This document shows positions 56,512 through 56,714 of a stretch of 56,714 bases of DNA, one piece after another (the stretch's first letter is position 1; every line of letters begins with the position of its first letter). The notes beneath the pieces were generated by a model that worked only from the letters and a program-made list of their open reading frames with translations, did no database searches and was not told the origin of the DNA. This DNA comes from an uncultured Muribaculum sp. (GTDB taxonomy: Bacteria > Bacteroidota > Bacteroidia > Bacteroidales > Muribaculaceae), in contig CAZIPQ010000002.1 in the NCBI GenBank assembly GCA_964541165.1, positions 1 to 56,714 of the forward strand, read 5' to 3'. The position numbers and the translations under genes are program-made.

Positions 56512-56714
56512 ATATCTGAAAATTTATTTGTTCCTTGTAATAATGTTTGGTAACTCGATTTACGAAATCTCGAACCAAAACGTGGTACTCTTTTTTTCAC
56601 ACCATCAACGATAATCAACATATCTGCAAAAATCAGCAAAAATCGCCTTAATTCCAAAACAGGAAGTAGAGACAAGCCGCCACCACCCCACTGAATGAAA
56701 AAGTTAGGCAGAAA

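Noticed and set aside
56600-56714. attC-like GTTAGGC and fluoride-riboswitch-like gatggtgt upstream of the thioesterase
   Set aside because: No matching complementary core or riboswitch pairing is visible, and the window ends here.
1-56714. CRISPR array, DGR, invertible promoter, prophage, tRNA/rRNA
   Set aside because: I saw no repeat-spacer array, reverse transcriptase, recombinase, phage gene or cloverleaf by eye. A tool scan could still find short elements.

Overview
A gene-dense chromosomal window from a Bacteroidales bacterium. TAnnTTTG promoters, SusC/SusD pairs, PorU and TamL support this, and the style suggests Muribaculaceae, which is an inference. In order it holds: a truncated secreted protein; a Zn-metalloprotease-SusC-SusD operon divergent from metH; nhaD; a translationally coupled mtnN-luxS-Schlafen/AlbA_2 operon back-to-back with rnz-tadA; a secreted alpha/beta hydrolase; and a CAZyme-free ECF sigma/FecR/SusC/SusD locus with three TlpA thioredoxins and a duplicated candidate ECF promoter. 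After that come a minus-strand run (PEP/pyruvate-binding protein, coiled-coil protein, DPP-IV, membrane/Nudix-like protein, miaA, secreted protein), a candidate ~210-nt sRNA, an envelope-biogenesis cluster (TPR protein, porU, SRP RNA, lptD, tamB, tamL) and a DUF2284/FlK-type thioesterase pair. I found no CRISPR array, integrase, transposase, tRNA or rRNA. The best leads are the thioredoxin-linked TonB signalling locus, a coiled-coil protein with an amphipathic N-terminus and a C-terminal beta-clamp-type motif (QMSLF), the unannotated sRNA, and an SRP RNA lacking the GNRA tetraloop. All calls come from reading the sequence by eye; no searches were run.
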